From NCBI GenBank assembly GCA_965207885.1, contig OZ242311.1, positions 6,164,722-6,228,721 of the forward strand: a stretch of DNA of 64,000 bases. The letters are read 5' to 3'. Position numbers and translations under genes: made by a program. Positions 19,051 to 28,069 of the stretch are shown in pieces. The stretch comes from Candidatus Latescibacterota bacterium (GTDB lineage: Bacteria > Latescibacterota > UBA2968). The notes beneath the pieces are model-generated. The model had not been told where the DNA came from, did not search any database, and saw only the letters and a program-made list of their open reading frames with translations. How positions within the stretch are numbered: position 1 is the stretch's first letter; each line of letters begins with the position of its first letter.

Positions 19051-20306
19051 TTACGTCGATTCGACTCGTAAATTTCAAAAATTTCGCTGACGAAACCCTG
19101 CGCGTAGGCCCATTTACCGTAATCGTGGGTGCAAACGCCAGCGGCAAGAGCAATATCCGCGACGCCTTCCGCTTCCTGCACGGCATAGGCCGAAACTATA
19201 CCCTGGCGGAGATCATTGGCGGGAAGTCCCGCTCGGACTGGGAACCAATCCGCGGTGCAGCCAATGAAATCATCCGCTTTGGACAAGAGAGGTTTTCTAT
19301 TGAAGTTGAGATGAAGCTTGACTATGTGAGAGAGCGTTCTGAGAAGGCGCATTATATGATCGAGATCGGTCCCGACGAAAGAAAACCCGATGAATTTCAA
19401 ATAAAAAAAGAAAAACTTAAGGTCGAATCAGAGACCATCTACATAGCGCAAAGTGACGGTGAGAAGCTCAGGGTTCGCGGTGCGTGGGACAAAGAGCAGA
19501 AAGAAATTCTGCTTGAATCAAATCGAGCAGTTCCGATGCAGCTTATAGACCATTTCCAGGTTGAAGCAGTCAGCCAGAAAGCATTTCGCAAGCTTATACC
19601 AAAGATGGCAGACATCTACTTCATTCTGTCTGACATGCGTTTTTTAGAACTGTCTCCTGACAGAATGCGAGAGGCTTCCTTCCCCGGTGCGAACGTGTTG
19701 GGCGATTTCGGTGAAAATTTGCCGACTGTACTGGAGGAAATTTGCATCGATCCCGAACGACAGGAGATTCTGATAAGTTGGGTACACGAACTCACGCCCA
19801 TGGATGTGCAGGGATTCGATTTCCTGCGTGACCCGAGTGGTCGGATTCATCTCAGACTGTGTGAGGCAAACGGCAGACAGGTATCGGCCTATAGCGCGTC
19901 GGACGGCACGCTGCGTTTTCTCGCCATGTTAGCTGCGTTGCTCGGCAGAAATCCCAGGGGCCTGTATTTCTTTGAAGAAATTGACACTGGCATTCACCCG
20001 GCGCGGCAATGGCTCTTGCTCGAACTGATCGAAAAGCAGGCCGCAAAGGAAGACATTCAGATAATAACCACCACCCATTCGCCAGATCTATTGACCTTTG
20101 TCAACGACAGCACATTCGAAAATATGTCCGTCGTTTGCCGACTGGAAGATTCGCACGACGCCATCATCCGCCGAGTTGCCGAACTGCCCAATGCCAAGGA
20201 ATTGCGCAAGTCCCAAGGACTGGGCAGGCTCCTAACCGAAGGCTGGATGGAAACCGCTCTCGCCTTTACCGAAGACTACGACGAAGCGGAGGGTGACGGC
20301 GAATGA
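19047..20306 (+). CDS. AAA_21-type ABC ATPase (RloA/PtuA/AbiEii-like)
   Basis: GANASGKS, SASDGTLR, FFEEIDTGIHP, TTHSP. Confidence 0.85.
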   Translation: MITSIRLVNFKNFADETLRVGPFTVIVGANASGKSNIRDAFRFLHGIGRNYTLAEIIGGKSRSDWEPIRGAANEIIRFGQERFSIEVEMKLDYVRERSEKAHYMIEIGPDERKPDEFQIKKEKLKVESETIYIAQSDGEKLRVRGAWDKEQKEILLESNRAVPMQLIDHFQVEAVSQKAFRKLIPKMADIYFILSDMRFLELSPDRMREASFPGANVLGDFGENLPTVLEEICIDPERQEILISWVHELTPMDVQGFDFLRDPSGRIHLRLCEANGRQVSAYSASDGTLRFLAMLAALLGRNPRGLYFFEEIDTGIHPARQWLLLELIEKQAAKEDIQIITTTHSPDLLTFVNDSTFENMSVVCRLEDSHDAIIRRVAELPNAKELRKSQGLGRLLTEGWMETALAFTEDYDEAEGDGE

Positions 20307-20866
20307 ACATCCTCATCATTCCCGAAGACTTCCGCAAAGATCAGTATATTCTAAAACCCCTTTTCTCGCGGCTCTTTCGATCTATAGGTAAGCCGCGTGT
20401 AACTGTTGATGTCTGCCGTGACCCGCTACTCGGCGGCGTCGGAGAAGCACTGAAACGAGAACGCATTGCAGAGGTCGTCGAAAAACACGATGGAATGACG
20501 GATATCTTCATCCTGTGCGTTGATCGTGACGGTGACACGAATCGGCGTCAGAGACTTGACCACATCGAAGGGGAATTTGAGAATACTCGGGTATTCCTGG
20601 CTGAAAATGCCTGGGAAGAGATAGAGACCTGGGTACTCGCGGGCCTGAATTTGCCCAGAGATTGGCGGTGGTCGGATGTTAGAGCAGAAATACAAGTCAA
20701 GGAAATTTACTTCGAGCCGCTTGTCGCCCAGCGCAACTTATCGGACACACCCGACGGTGGTCGAAAGTCTCTCGGAGAAGAGGCATCGCACCAAATCAAG
20801 GCAATCCGACAGAAATGTCGCGAGGATTTTGACGCCCTTGCCCGGCGTCTCGAAGATGCGATATAA
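20303..20866 (+). CDS. ATPase-partner protein, TOPRIM-like (DUF4276/RloB-like)
   Basis: IIPED, CVDRD, EIETWVLA; ATGA overlap with the ATPase. Confidence 0.6.
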   Translation: MNILIIPEDFRKDQYILKPLFSRLFRSIGKPRVTVDVCRDPLLGGVGEALKRERIAEVVEKHDGMTDIFILCVDRDGDTNRRQRLDHIEGEFENTRVFLAENAWEEIETWVLAGLNLPRDWRWSDVRAEIQVKEIYFEPLVAQRNLSDTPDGGRKSLGEEASHQIKAIRQKCREDFDALARRLEDAI

Positions 20867-20885
20867 CACCTGAACGAGGTTTGAC

Positions 20886-23800
20886 ATGACGCGAAAACTC
20901 CCCCATAAACCCTGGCACGAAGTCGTGCAACTACGCGACGACCTGAAGACCGGCGAACTCTCGCTGGCCGTATTTGCCGCTGACCTGTACGACGTGGTCA
21001 TGCAAAAGGGCCAACGACCAGTTTACGAAGATCCCGACAAGTTCTTCGCCCTCACCTTCCCCACCTACAACCTGCGGGAACTGGTCAAAGATGTGTGTCT
21101 CCGCCTGGCCGGTAAGACCGACAAGGCGTATCGAAAACTCTCCGTCAACTACGGCGGCGGCAAAACCCATACCCTCATCGCCCTCAGACATCTGGCACAC
21201 GACCCGGACGCGCTGCCCGATCTGCCAGCAGTCCGGGAGTTTGAGGCCCATATTGGCTTCAAGCCGCCAAAAGCACGGATAGCGGCACTGTGCTTCGACA
21301 AGATCGACCTGGAAAAAGGCGTCGAAACAACCGGACCCGATGGCACCATTAGAATGCTCAAGCACCCCTGGAGCATTCTCGCCTTTCAATTGGCGGGGGC
21401 TGACGGCCTCAAGCTCATCCACGCCGAGGGCAAAGACGAAGAGCGCGAAACACCACCCGCGGAACCGTTGGTTGTAGAACTGCTATCGAGACCACAAGAA
21501 GACGATCTCTCAACCCTGATTCTCCTCGACGAAGTATTGATGTATATCCGCACAAAAGCGGAAAATGACCCGGACTGGCGTGGGCGGCTAATGAGCTTCT
21601 TCCAATACCTCACGCAAGCCGTTGTAAAGGTAGATCGCTGCGCCATGGTAGCCTCACTACTCGCCTCCGATCCAGGAAAACATGACAGCCTGGGAAACGA
21701 ATTATTTCAAGACATATCCGACGTCTTTGGCCGCCAGATGGAAGAAGACGCCAGTCCCGTAAGCAAAGAGGACGTGGCAGAAGTTCTGCGACGCCGTTTC
21801 TTCAAACCCGAGTCCATTAGCGATCAGGGCATTTTCCGTCCCCATGTGACCTCAGTAGTGGGTAGCATCGCCGCACTCGACGAACAGACCAAAAAAGAGC
21901 AAGGAACCGCAGAAGAACGCTATATAGATAGCTATCCCTTTCATCCGGACCTCACCGAAATCTTCTACACTCGCTGGACCCAAATCGAAGGATTCCAGCG
22001 CACCCGCGGCATCCTGCGAACATTTGCCATTGCCCTGCGCGATGCGGAAAAGTGGGACACAAGCCCGCTGGTGGGGCCAAATGTGTTTTTGAACGACCCG
22101 GAAAAGACCGACCTATCCGAAGCCGCAGGAGAACTCGCATCCTTTGCCAGTGTTGACACAGAAACAGGCAGTCATCATGAATGGGGTCCCATTCTCGAAG
22201 GCGAACTTGGCAAAGCGCGTGAGATCCAATCCGAAGCGACGGGTCTGCGCCACCGGGAAATCGAACAAGCAGTCATTTCAGTATTTCTGAGTTCTCAGCC
22301 AATCGGTCAAAAGGCATCGACACAAGAGTTGCTCGTACTGCTCGGAGCAGCCAACCCGGACAAGATAGAATTGGAAAAAGCCCTGCGTCGCTGGACCGAA
22401 CTGTCCTGGTTTTTAGACGAAGTGGAGATCTCTGCAGGAGAACCCGACTCAAGCGACCAGTTGCCGAGGGCATGGCGACTGGGCAATCGCCCCAACCTGC
22501 GCCAGATGCACCACGACGCCTGTAATATGCGCGTACCAGACACACTCGTAAAATCACAGGTCATCGATGCCATCGAAAAACTCAGGGAACTTACCACGGG
22601 CGCATCAGCGGCCGGGGCAAGAGTTCACACCTTGCCGGAACGCCCGCAGGATATCGCAGACGATGGCGAGTTTCACTACGCAGTCCTCGGTCCAAAAGCA
22701 GCCTCAGAATCCGGCAAACCCAGCGCGGAAGTGAAGCGGTTCATAAACGAGACGACTGCGCCTGACCGTCCCCGGGTCTATCGCAACGCTATCGTCCTCG
22801 CCGTTCCCTCCAGAGATGGTCTCGATGCCGTGCACACGCGGGTTCGAGAGTATCTGGGTTGGCAAGAAGTCCGCGAACAACTCAGCGGCCAGCAGATCGA
22901 TCCCATTCGTCAACAGATGCTCGCCGATGAGATAAGAACGGCAAGCAAACGCATCCCGGATGCGATCAGGCAGGCATACTCCATAGTCGTGACCGTCAAC
23001 GAAAGCAATGATATCCATGCTTTCAAAATCGTGATAACCGACGAGCCTTTATTCACGATCATCAAAGCCGACAAGCGATCTCGCATCCAGGAAACTGCGA
23101 TCAGCGCAGAGGCGATGATGCCGGGCGGTCCCTACGACTTGTGGCGAGAAGACGAGCAATCCCGCCGGGTTAAGGATCTGGTTGGTGCTTTTGCGCAGTT
23201 CCCAAAACTACCCAAGATGCTACGATCAAAGGAGATTCTGGATACGGTCGTACAAGGGGTCCAACAGGGAATCTGGGTGGCACAGATCGTACGACCAGAC
23301 CGCACAACAAAGACATTCTGGCAAACCACTATTGATGAGCCTGCTCTCAAAGACTCCAGTCTGGAGGTATGGCTGCCTGAATTTGCCACACTGAGCGAAC
23401 TCGCGCCCGATTTGTTGGCGTATCAGAAGCTCCCGGGACTCTGGTCGGGCGAAGAGATTAGTGTCCAGAAGGTGTACGACTACTTCGCTGGTGGTCACAC
23501 CGTGAGCGTGCCCAAAGAGGGCTACGAAGAAACACTCACCATCCCGAAATGCGAATCAGCAGATGTCGAGACCGCGATTTCACAAGCCGTAGAACAAGGA
23601 CTGGTGTGGTTGACCAGCGGACCGGCATCTATCCTAAAGGAGCCTGTCCCTGCTGGCGTGCTCAGTGCCTCTGCGATATTGCGATCCCCACCCGAGCGGA
23701 TCGAGGTTGCCGAACTGATGGGCGATTCGATCCCAGATGCGTGGAAAAACGATAAGACAAACGCCCTCGCCATTGCCACTGCGCTCTCCGCCCAGCGAGA

Positions 23801-24200
23801 CATGACCCTCCCCTGGCACACAGTAAAAACGGCGATAGATGATGGTATCCGCGCGCGATGGATCGAACTCAGCGACAGCAACATCACATGGCCCTGCGAC
23901 ATCAATGGTGCCCAGCATGTGGTCCTTCAGATTCCTCAAAACGAAAAAATTCGCGAGGATGAAAAGGACCGCTACCAGCCGACGCCATCGGGAATGCTTA
24001 TTGCAGAAGCTGCCCTGGAAGCCAACGGCATCCAGGATTTGGCGGATCAGATTCCGGACATAGCTAAAGCAGCGGTCGGCAGTAGCCTTAAGTTTAACGT
24101 CCGTATCGAGTTCAGCGGAGAAACCACGCCCGATCCAGAGCAAGTACAAAAGATCAACGAGTTGCTCTCTGATGTGTCCGATGACCTAAAGCTCACTTGA
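20886..24200 (+). CDS. DUF499-type AAA+ ATPase
   Basis: KPWHEVVQLRDD...FAADL N-terminus, NYGGGKTH, LLDEV, SYPFHP, FQRTRGILR; GAGG SD. Confidence 0.9.
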   Translation: MTRKLPHKPWHEVVQLRDDLKTGELSLAVFAADLYDVVMQKGQRPVYEDPDKFFALTFPTYNLRELVKDVCLRLAGKTDKAYRKLSVNYGGGKTHTLIALRHLAHDPDALPDLPAVREFEAHIGFKPPKARIAALCFDKIDLEKGVETTGPDGTIRMLKHPWSILAFQLAGADGLKLIHAEGKDEERETPPAEPLVVELLSRPQEDDLSTLILLDEVLMYIRTKAENDPDWRGRLMSFFQYLTQAVVKVDRCAMVASLLASDPGKHDSLGNELFQDISDVFGRQMEEDASPVSKEDVAEVLRRRFFKPESISDQGIFRPHVTSVVGSIAALDEQTKKEQGTAEERYIDSYPFHPDLTEIFYTRWTQIEGFQRTRGILRTFAIALRDAEKWDTSPLVGPNVFLNDPEKTDLSEAAGELASFASVDTETGSHHEWGPILEGELGKAREIQSEATGLRHREIEQAVISVFLSSQPIGQKASTQELLVLLGAANPDKIELEKALRRWTELSWFLDEVEISAGEPDSSDQLPRAWRLGNRPNLRQMHHDACNMRVPDTLVKSQVIDAIEKLRELTTGASAAGARVHTLPERPQDIADDGEFHYAVLGPKAASESGKPSAEVKRFINETTAPDRPRVYRNAIVLAVPSRDGLDAVHTRVREYLGWQEVREQLSGQQIDPIRQQMLADEIRTASKRIPDAIRQAYSIVVTVNESNDIHAFKIVITDEPLFTIIKADKRSRIQETAISAEAMMPGGPYDLWREDEQSRRVKDLVGAFAQFPKLPKMLRSKEILDTVVQGVQQGIWVAQIVRPDRTTKTFWQTTIDEPALKDSSLEVWLPEFATLSELAPDLLAYQKLPGLWSGEEISVQKVYDYFAGGHTVSVPKEGYEETLTIPKCESADVETAISQAVEQGLVWLTSGPASILKEPVPAGVLSASAILRSPPERIEVAELMGDSIPDAWKNDKTNALAIATALSAQRDMTLPWHTVKTAIDDGIRARWIELSDSNITWPCDINGAQHVVLQIPQNEKIREDEKDRYQPTPSGMLIAEAALEANGIQDLADQIPDIAKAAVGSSLKFNVRIEFSGETTPDPEQVQKINELLSDVSDDLKLT

Positions 24201-24233
24201 TATGGACTCTGATTTCCGTTTACTTATAAACAC

Positions 24234-24268
24234 CAAAACAGAAGCATATCAACCATGAAAATTACTGA
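24234..24268 (+). repeat. Decayed copy of the RBS and start of the racemase-family gene (repeat E; partner 26760-26794)
   Basis: 30/35 identical; both read MKITD. Confidence 0.75.
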
Positions 24269-24304
24269 TAAGGAAATTTAGACACAAAATCGAAAGGACT
24301 GAGA

Positions 24305-24592
24305 ATGGTACTCAATCTCAAAGAAGCTGGAAGAAGGTTCCAAGAACTGGTTCAATCTCTCAGATCTTCTAACGAAGCATGTGAAGTACGAAATGAAAAG
24401 GGGCAGATGGTGGCGGTTGTATTGCCTGTAGAACGCTATCGACTCTATCAGCAGGAGTGGGAAAAAGACTTCGTTGCGGTTGACCGGATCCGGGATAAGA
24501 TGAGGGACAATGATCCCGATTACGTCGAGACACAGATTGTGAAAGCTGTTTCTGAGGTCAAGGCCAAATCAGGAGATGCCAGTGCCACCTGA
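24305..24592 (+). CDS. Phd/YefM-like antitoxin
   Basis: LNLKEAGRRFQELV...VAVVLPVERY; directly upstream of a PIN gene. Confidence 0.65.
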   Translation: MVLNLKEAGRRFQELVQSLRSSNEACEVRNEKGQMVAVVLPVERYRLYQQEWEKDFVAVDRIRDKMRDNDPDYVETQIVKAVSEVKAKSGDASAT

Positions 24593-25022
24593 GCGTATGA
24601 TACGAGTCGTCCTTGATGTCAATGTAATCGTGAGTTCCATAATCGCGCCTTCCGGTACCCCTGGTCGTATCTTCGATGCCTGGAAACGCCAGCAACTCTA
24701 TGTCATCACCTCGCCAGTGATCATTGCAAAAACGCTGGAAGTCATTCGACGACCATCCATTCAGGAAAATTTTTCTATCAGTGAGACTGATATTCAAGCT
24801 ATCAAAACCCTTTTGGAGCGACGAACTATTCTCACGCCTCACAACCTGAAACTGAAGGTTGTTGAACGAGATCCAGAGGACGACAACATCATTATTGCTG
24901 CAGTTGAAGGTAAAGCCGACTGCATTGTTTCAGGTGACCGCCATCTGCAAGATCTGGATTCGTACGAAGACATTCCGATTCTGTCACCATCCGAATTTGT
25001 CGTCCGTTATAATATTCAGTGA
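24576..25022 (+). CDS. PIN-family toxin (PIN_3 type)
   Basis: VVLDVNVIVS, RDPEDDNII, IVSGDRHL. Confidence 0.85.
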   Translation: MPVPPERMIRVVLDVNVIVSSIIAPSGTPGRIFDAWKRQQLYVITSPVIIAKTLEVIRRPSIQENFSISETDIQAIKTLLERRTILTPHNLKLKVVERDPEDDNIIIAAVEGKADCIVSGDRHLQDLDSYEDIPILSPSEFVVRYNIQ

Positions 25023-25118
25023 TGTTCTCTCACAACTCCTGTCATAAAAAGAGGTGGAGGTCATGGAGTCCCACGTTGCGCTACAGCCCAGGACCTCTCG
25101 CCGCCAGGGAGTCTCAAC

Positions 25119-26720
25119 ATGACGACAACAGCCATGCGTTTCTTCAACACTGCCGGCCCCATCGATGCGGAGATACACTACCACATCCCGCCCCTGGCGC
25201 GGCTCGATGTCGATGATCTTCTGCTGCTCATCCAGCAGCGGAAGTACTTCGTCCTGCACGCGCCTCGCCAGACCGGCAAGACCTCCGCGCTCCTCGCGCT
25301 GAAAGACGACCTCAATGCCAGCGGCGAGTTCCGCTGTGCGTACGTCAACGTCGAAATCGGACAAGCGGCACGGGAAGATGTGGCCGCGGCCATGCGGGCG
25401 ATTCTCAGCGCGCTGGGTCGTGCTGCACGCCACACGCTGGACGACTTGTTCGTCTCTCAAATCTGGCCCGGCATTCTCGATGGTGCCGGTCCCAACGACG
25501 CGCTGGGGGAGACCCTTGCACGCTGGGCCGAGTCGGACGCCAGACCGCTGGTACTCATGATTGACGAGATCGACGCGCTGATCGGCGATACCCTGCTGTC
25601 CGTGCTGCGACAATTGCGCGCGGGCTACCCGGAGCGTCCGCGACGATTTCCACAGAGCGTGATCCTGTGCGGTGTGCGCGATGTGCGCGATTACCGCATC
25701 CAATCTTCCGCCGAGAATGCCATCATCGCCGGGGGCAGCGCGTTCAATATCCGCGCCGAGTCCCTGCGGCTGGGAGACTTCTCCCGCGACGACGTCGAAT
25801 CGCTGCTGGCGCAACACACCGCAGAGACCGGACAGGCACTCGCCGAGGAGGCACGTGCCGCGATCTGGGAACTGACTCAGGGCCAGCCATGGCTGGTCAA
25901 CGCGCTGGCCTACGAAGCCTGCTTCAAGAACAAGGCCGGACGCGACCATAGCCAGTCAATCACCGCCGACGCCATCCAGGACGCCCGCGAACAGTTGATC
26001 CGCCGACGCGAAACACACCTGGACCAACTCACCGACAAGCTCCAGGAGGAACGGGTGCGCCGGGTAATCGAACCACTACTAAAAGGATCAGATGAAGCTG
26101 GCTCATTCGCCGACGACGACCTGCAGTACGTACGCGACCTGGGCCTCGTGCGCACCGACAATCCAATTGCCATTGCCAACCCAATTTATCGCGAGGTAAT
26201 CCCGCGCGACCTCACCTACACCACCCAGGCGGGCTTTCACCATGACCCGACCTGGTACATTGATGCTAACGGCACCCTGCAAGTAGGCAAGTTGCTGGCC
26301 GCGTTCCAGGCGTTTTTCCGCGAGCACTCCGAGCACTGGATAGAGCGGTTCCAGTACAAGGAAGCCGGTCCGCAGTTGTTGCTACAGGCATTTTTGCAGC
26401 GCATCATCAACAGCGGTGGGCGGATTGAACGCGAGTATGGCCTGGGTCGCAGGCGCACGGATTTGCTGGTAATATGGCCGGTGGGCGGGGATTCCAGCAG
26501 AATACAGAAGGTCGTCATTGAGTGCAAGCTACTGCACCGGAGTCTGGAGCAGACATTGCGCGACGGGCTTGAGCAAACACGCGCCTACATGGACCGCTGC
26601 GCGACGGTGGAAGGACACCTCGTGCTCTTTGACCGCACCGAGGATAAGTCATGGGACGACAAGGTGTATCGCCGCGATGAAACCGAAGGCGGCGCACCGG
26701 TCACGGTGTGGGGAATGTGA
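25119..26720 (+). CDS. AAA-like ATPase with C-terminal PD-(D/E)XK nuclease-like domain
   Basis: FFNTAGP, HAPRQTGKTS, MIDEID; EREYGLGRRRTDL...VIECK. GC-rich relative to neighbours. Confidence 0.85.
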   Translation: MTTTAMRFFNTAGPIDAEIHYHIPPLARLDVDDLLLLIQQRKYFVLHAPRQTGKTSALLALKDDLNASGEFRCAYVNVEIGQAAREDVAAAMRAILSALGRAARHTLDDLFVSQIWPGILDGAGPNDALGETLARWAESDARPLVLMIDEIDALIGDTLLSVLRQLRAGYPERPRRFPQSVILCGVRDVRDYRIQSSAENAIIAGGSAFNIRAESLRLGDFSRDDVESLLAQHTAETGQALAEEARAAIWELTQGQPWLVNALAYEACFKNKAGRDHSQSITADAIQDAREQLIRRRETHLDQLTDKLQEERVRRVIEPLLKGSDEAGSFADDDLQYVRDLGLVRTDNPIAIANPIYREVIPRDLTYTTQAGFHHDPTWYIDANGTLQVGKLLAAFQAFFREHSEHWIERFQYKEAGPQLLLQAFLQRIINSGGRIEREYGLGRRRTDLLVIWPVGGDSSRIQKVVIECKLLHRSLEQTLRDGLEQTRAYMDRCATVEGHLVLFDRTEDKSWDDKVYRRDETEGGAPVTVWGM

Positions 26721-26780
26721 GGGCACTGATGGAAACTGCTGAGTAACTCAGAAAGAGATCAAAACAGGAGCACATCACCC

Positions 26781-27905
26781 ATGAAAATCACCGACGTGGA
26801 AACTATCGTAATCCAAAACATCCAGCCCTATCGCGGGGGAAGATACTGGCTCTTTGTCCAGCTCATCACCGACGAAGGCATCGTCGGACTGGGCGAGCGA
26901 CCCTCGGGAAATGCCACTAATCTGGACTCCCAAATCAGCCTCATCAAAAACCTGTGTCAGCAATTCGCCATCGGCACAAGCCCCTTTGACATCGAAAGCC
27001 TGTGGCAGCGCATCTTTGCGTCCCGGCACGACTATCGCCATCCCGGCCTCGACGCAACACCCGCCTTGAGCGCCATTGAAATGGCGTGTTGGGACATCGT
27101 CGGCAAAGCATTGAACCAGCCCATCTACAATCTACTCGGCGGCAGAGTCCACGACAAACTCAGGGCTTATGCCTACATGCCGACCGACGGCATCTGGGAA
27201 AATCCAGAACGCGCAGGTGAGATCGCAACCCGTCTGGTCGCAGACGGAAACACCGCCTGCAAATTCGACCCCTTCCACCCGATCTTTCCCAACCCGCGCG
27301 ACTTCCCACTCAAAACCATCCGCCACGTCGCCAAAATATTTAAAAGCATCCGGGATGCAGTCGGCGACGAATTGGAAATCGGCATCGGCACCCACGGACA
27401 ATTCAGCACATCTGGCGCAATCCGCGTGGCAAAAGAACTGGAAGAATTTAGCCCCTTCTGGTTTGAAGAACCCGTCCCTCCGGAAAACATCGACGAAATG
27501 GCCCGCGTCGCCGCCCACACCAGCATCCCAATCGCCACAGGCGAACGACTCGTCACCAAATACGAATTTGCCGAACTCCTTAAAAAACAGGCCGCGCAGA
27601 TCCTTCAATTAGACGTGGGACAATGTGGCGGGATATTGGAATCCAAAAAAATCGCCAGCATGGCCGAAGCCCACTACGCCCTCATCGCGCCCCACATGTA
27701 TTGCGGACCCGTCGCCGCAGCCGCCGCGGTGCAACTCGACACATGCTCGCCGAACTTTCTGATCCAGGAATTCAACGCCAACGACCTCCACAGCGAAATA
27801 TTCGTAGAACCAATCCAATTTGAAAGCGGCTATATCACCCCGCCAACAGGACCTGGTTTAGGGATTGAACTCGACGAATCAATGGTTGCCAAACACCGCG
27901 CATAA
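26781..27905 (+). CDS. Mandelate racemase/muconate lactonizing enzyme family (galactonate dehydratase-like)
   Basis: MKITDVE, SAIEMACWDIVGK, WFEEP, IATGE; AGGAG SD. Confidence 0.9.
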   Translation: MKITDVETIVIQNIQPYRGGRYWLFVQLITDEGIVGLGERPSGNATNLDSQISLIKNLCQQFAIGTSPFDIESLWQRIFASRHDYRHPGLDATPALSAIEMACWDIVGKALNQPIYNLLGGRVHDKLRAYAYMPTDGIWENPERAGEIATRLVADGNTACKFDPFHPIFPNPRDFPLKTIRHVAKIFKSIRDAVGDELEIGIGTHGQFSTSGAIRVAKELEEFSPFWFEEPVPPENIDEMARVAAHTSIPIATGERLVTKYEFAELLKKQAAQILQLDVGQCGGILESKKIASMAEAHYALIAPHMYCGPVAAAAAVQLDTCSPNFLIQEFNANDLHSEIFVEPIQFESGYITPPTGPGLGIELDESMVAKHRA

Positions 27906-27906
27906 G

Positions 27907-28010
27907 GTCTGGACTCCGGCCTGCGCCGGAGTGACGAACGGCGGTTGTCATTGCCGCATGCCTAAAGCCGCAATCCAGTCTATCAAAAAAACATATCAGC
28001 AAATTTTTTT
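27907..28010. repeat. REP-like palindrome doublet plus a 41-bp tail; related copies at 30114-30154 and 39182-39284 in inverted orientation
   Basis: CTGGACTCCGGCCTGCGCCGGAGTGAC and GTCATTGC...GCAATCCAG; the tail GCAATCCAGTCTATCA...CATATCA..AAATTTTTT occurs three times. Confidence 0.8.
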
Positions 28011-28069
28011 GAAAAAGCAGTAAATTATTGTGAAATAGTAATTTTCTTTCCAATAAGTAGGGGGATAAG

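Noticed and set aside
3060-26794. Integron or prophage interpretation of the island
   Set aside because: No integrase, no shared attC-like consensus among the repeats, and no phage structural genes.
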